In this document: positions 63,652 through 64,000 of the stretch, piece by piece
How the letters are laid out: every line of letters starts with the position of its first letter
Numbering within the stretch: position 1 is the stretch's first letter
Origin: Lingula anatina
Taxonomy: Eukaryota > Animalia > Brachiopoda
Assembly (NCBI GenBank): GCA_051362555.1
Contig: CM120645.1
Location: forward strand, 2,294,001 to 2,358,000
Direction of reading: 5' to 3'
Length of the DNA stretch: 64,000 bases
The notes under the pieces: model-generated
Database searches by the model: none
The model's input: only the letters and a program-made list of their open reading frames with translations
What the model was told of the DNA's origin: nothing
Position numbers and translations under genes: made by a program

Positions 63652-64000
63652 GTTATATAAGCGTCTAAAGCCCTTTGTGAGCCTTTGATCATAAAAATTG
63701 TTATTTTAATCTACCTAGTGTCAAGCAGTCAAGCATAAATAAAACTGTTTCACCCTATCTGTTCAAAGTATATTCAATTTCAAAACTTATTTACAAAAAC
63801 ATTTAGAAAAATTCGCTATCACTATGGCTAATAACAACTATGGCTGGCGTTAACGAGTTTCTGGGAAAAAAGATTAAAGAAAACATTTTATTAGCAGCAA
63901 TGTTTTTAAATGAATTATATCAATACAGAATCTTACATTTTACAAAGCATGGGAATGGAAAATAAAAACAACAAATAGAGCTACCTTTATGTTTGTCGCT

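Overview
AT-rich, intron-containing animal genomic DNA. Gene structure and repeat types suggest a marine invertebrate, possibly a lophotrochozoan such as a mollusc (inference only). About 7.1-50 kb on the + strand is one spliced RASSF1/RASSF5-like gene (C1 zinc finger, Ras-association domain, SARAH domain). I reconstructed seven coding exons with GT-AG sites and consistent phases, giving about 454 aa. Its 27-kb intron splits the C1 domain and contains two long same-strand ORFs of unknown function (576 aa and 292 aa). The 292-aa ORF ends in a strong phase-1 donor compatible with the second C1 exon. A 30-codon RASSF1C-like alternative first exon lies in the next intron, so the locus appears to swap N-termini onto a shared RA-SARAH core. 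An intronless class A GPCR with degenerate DRY/NPxxY motifs lies at about 60-61.2 kb. Mobile DNA includes five MITEs with 5-bp TSDs (hAT5-like), a TTAA-flanked Kolobok-like element, a Helentron-associated HINE-like element, foldback MITEs and a CR1 LINE remnant. All calls were made by eye; no database searches were run.
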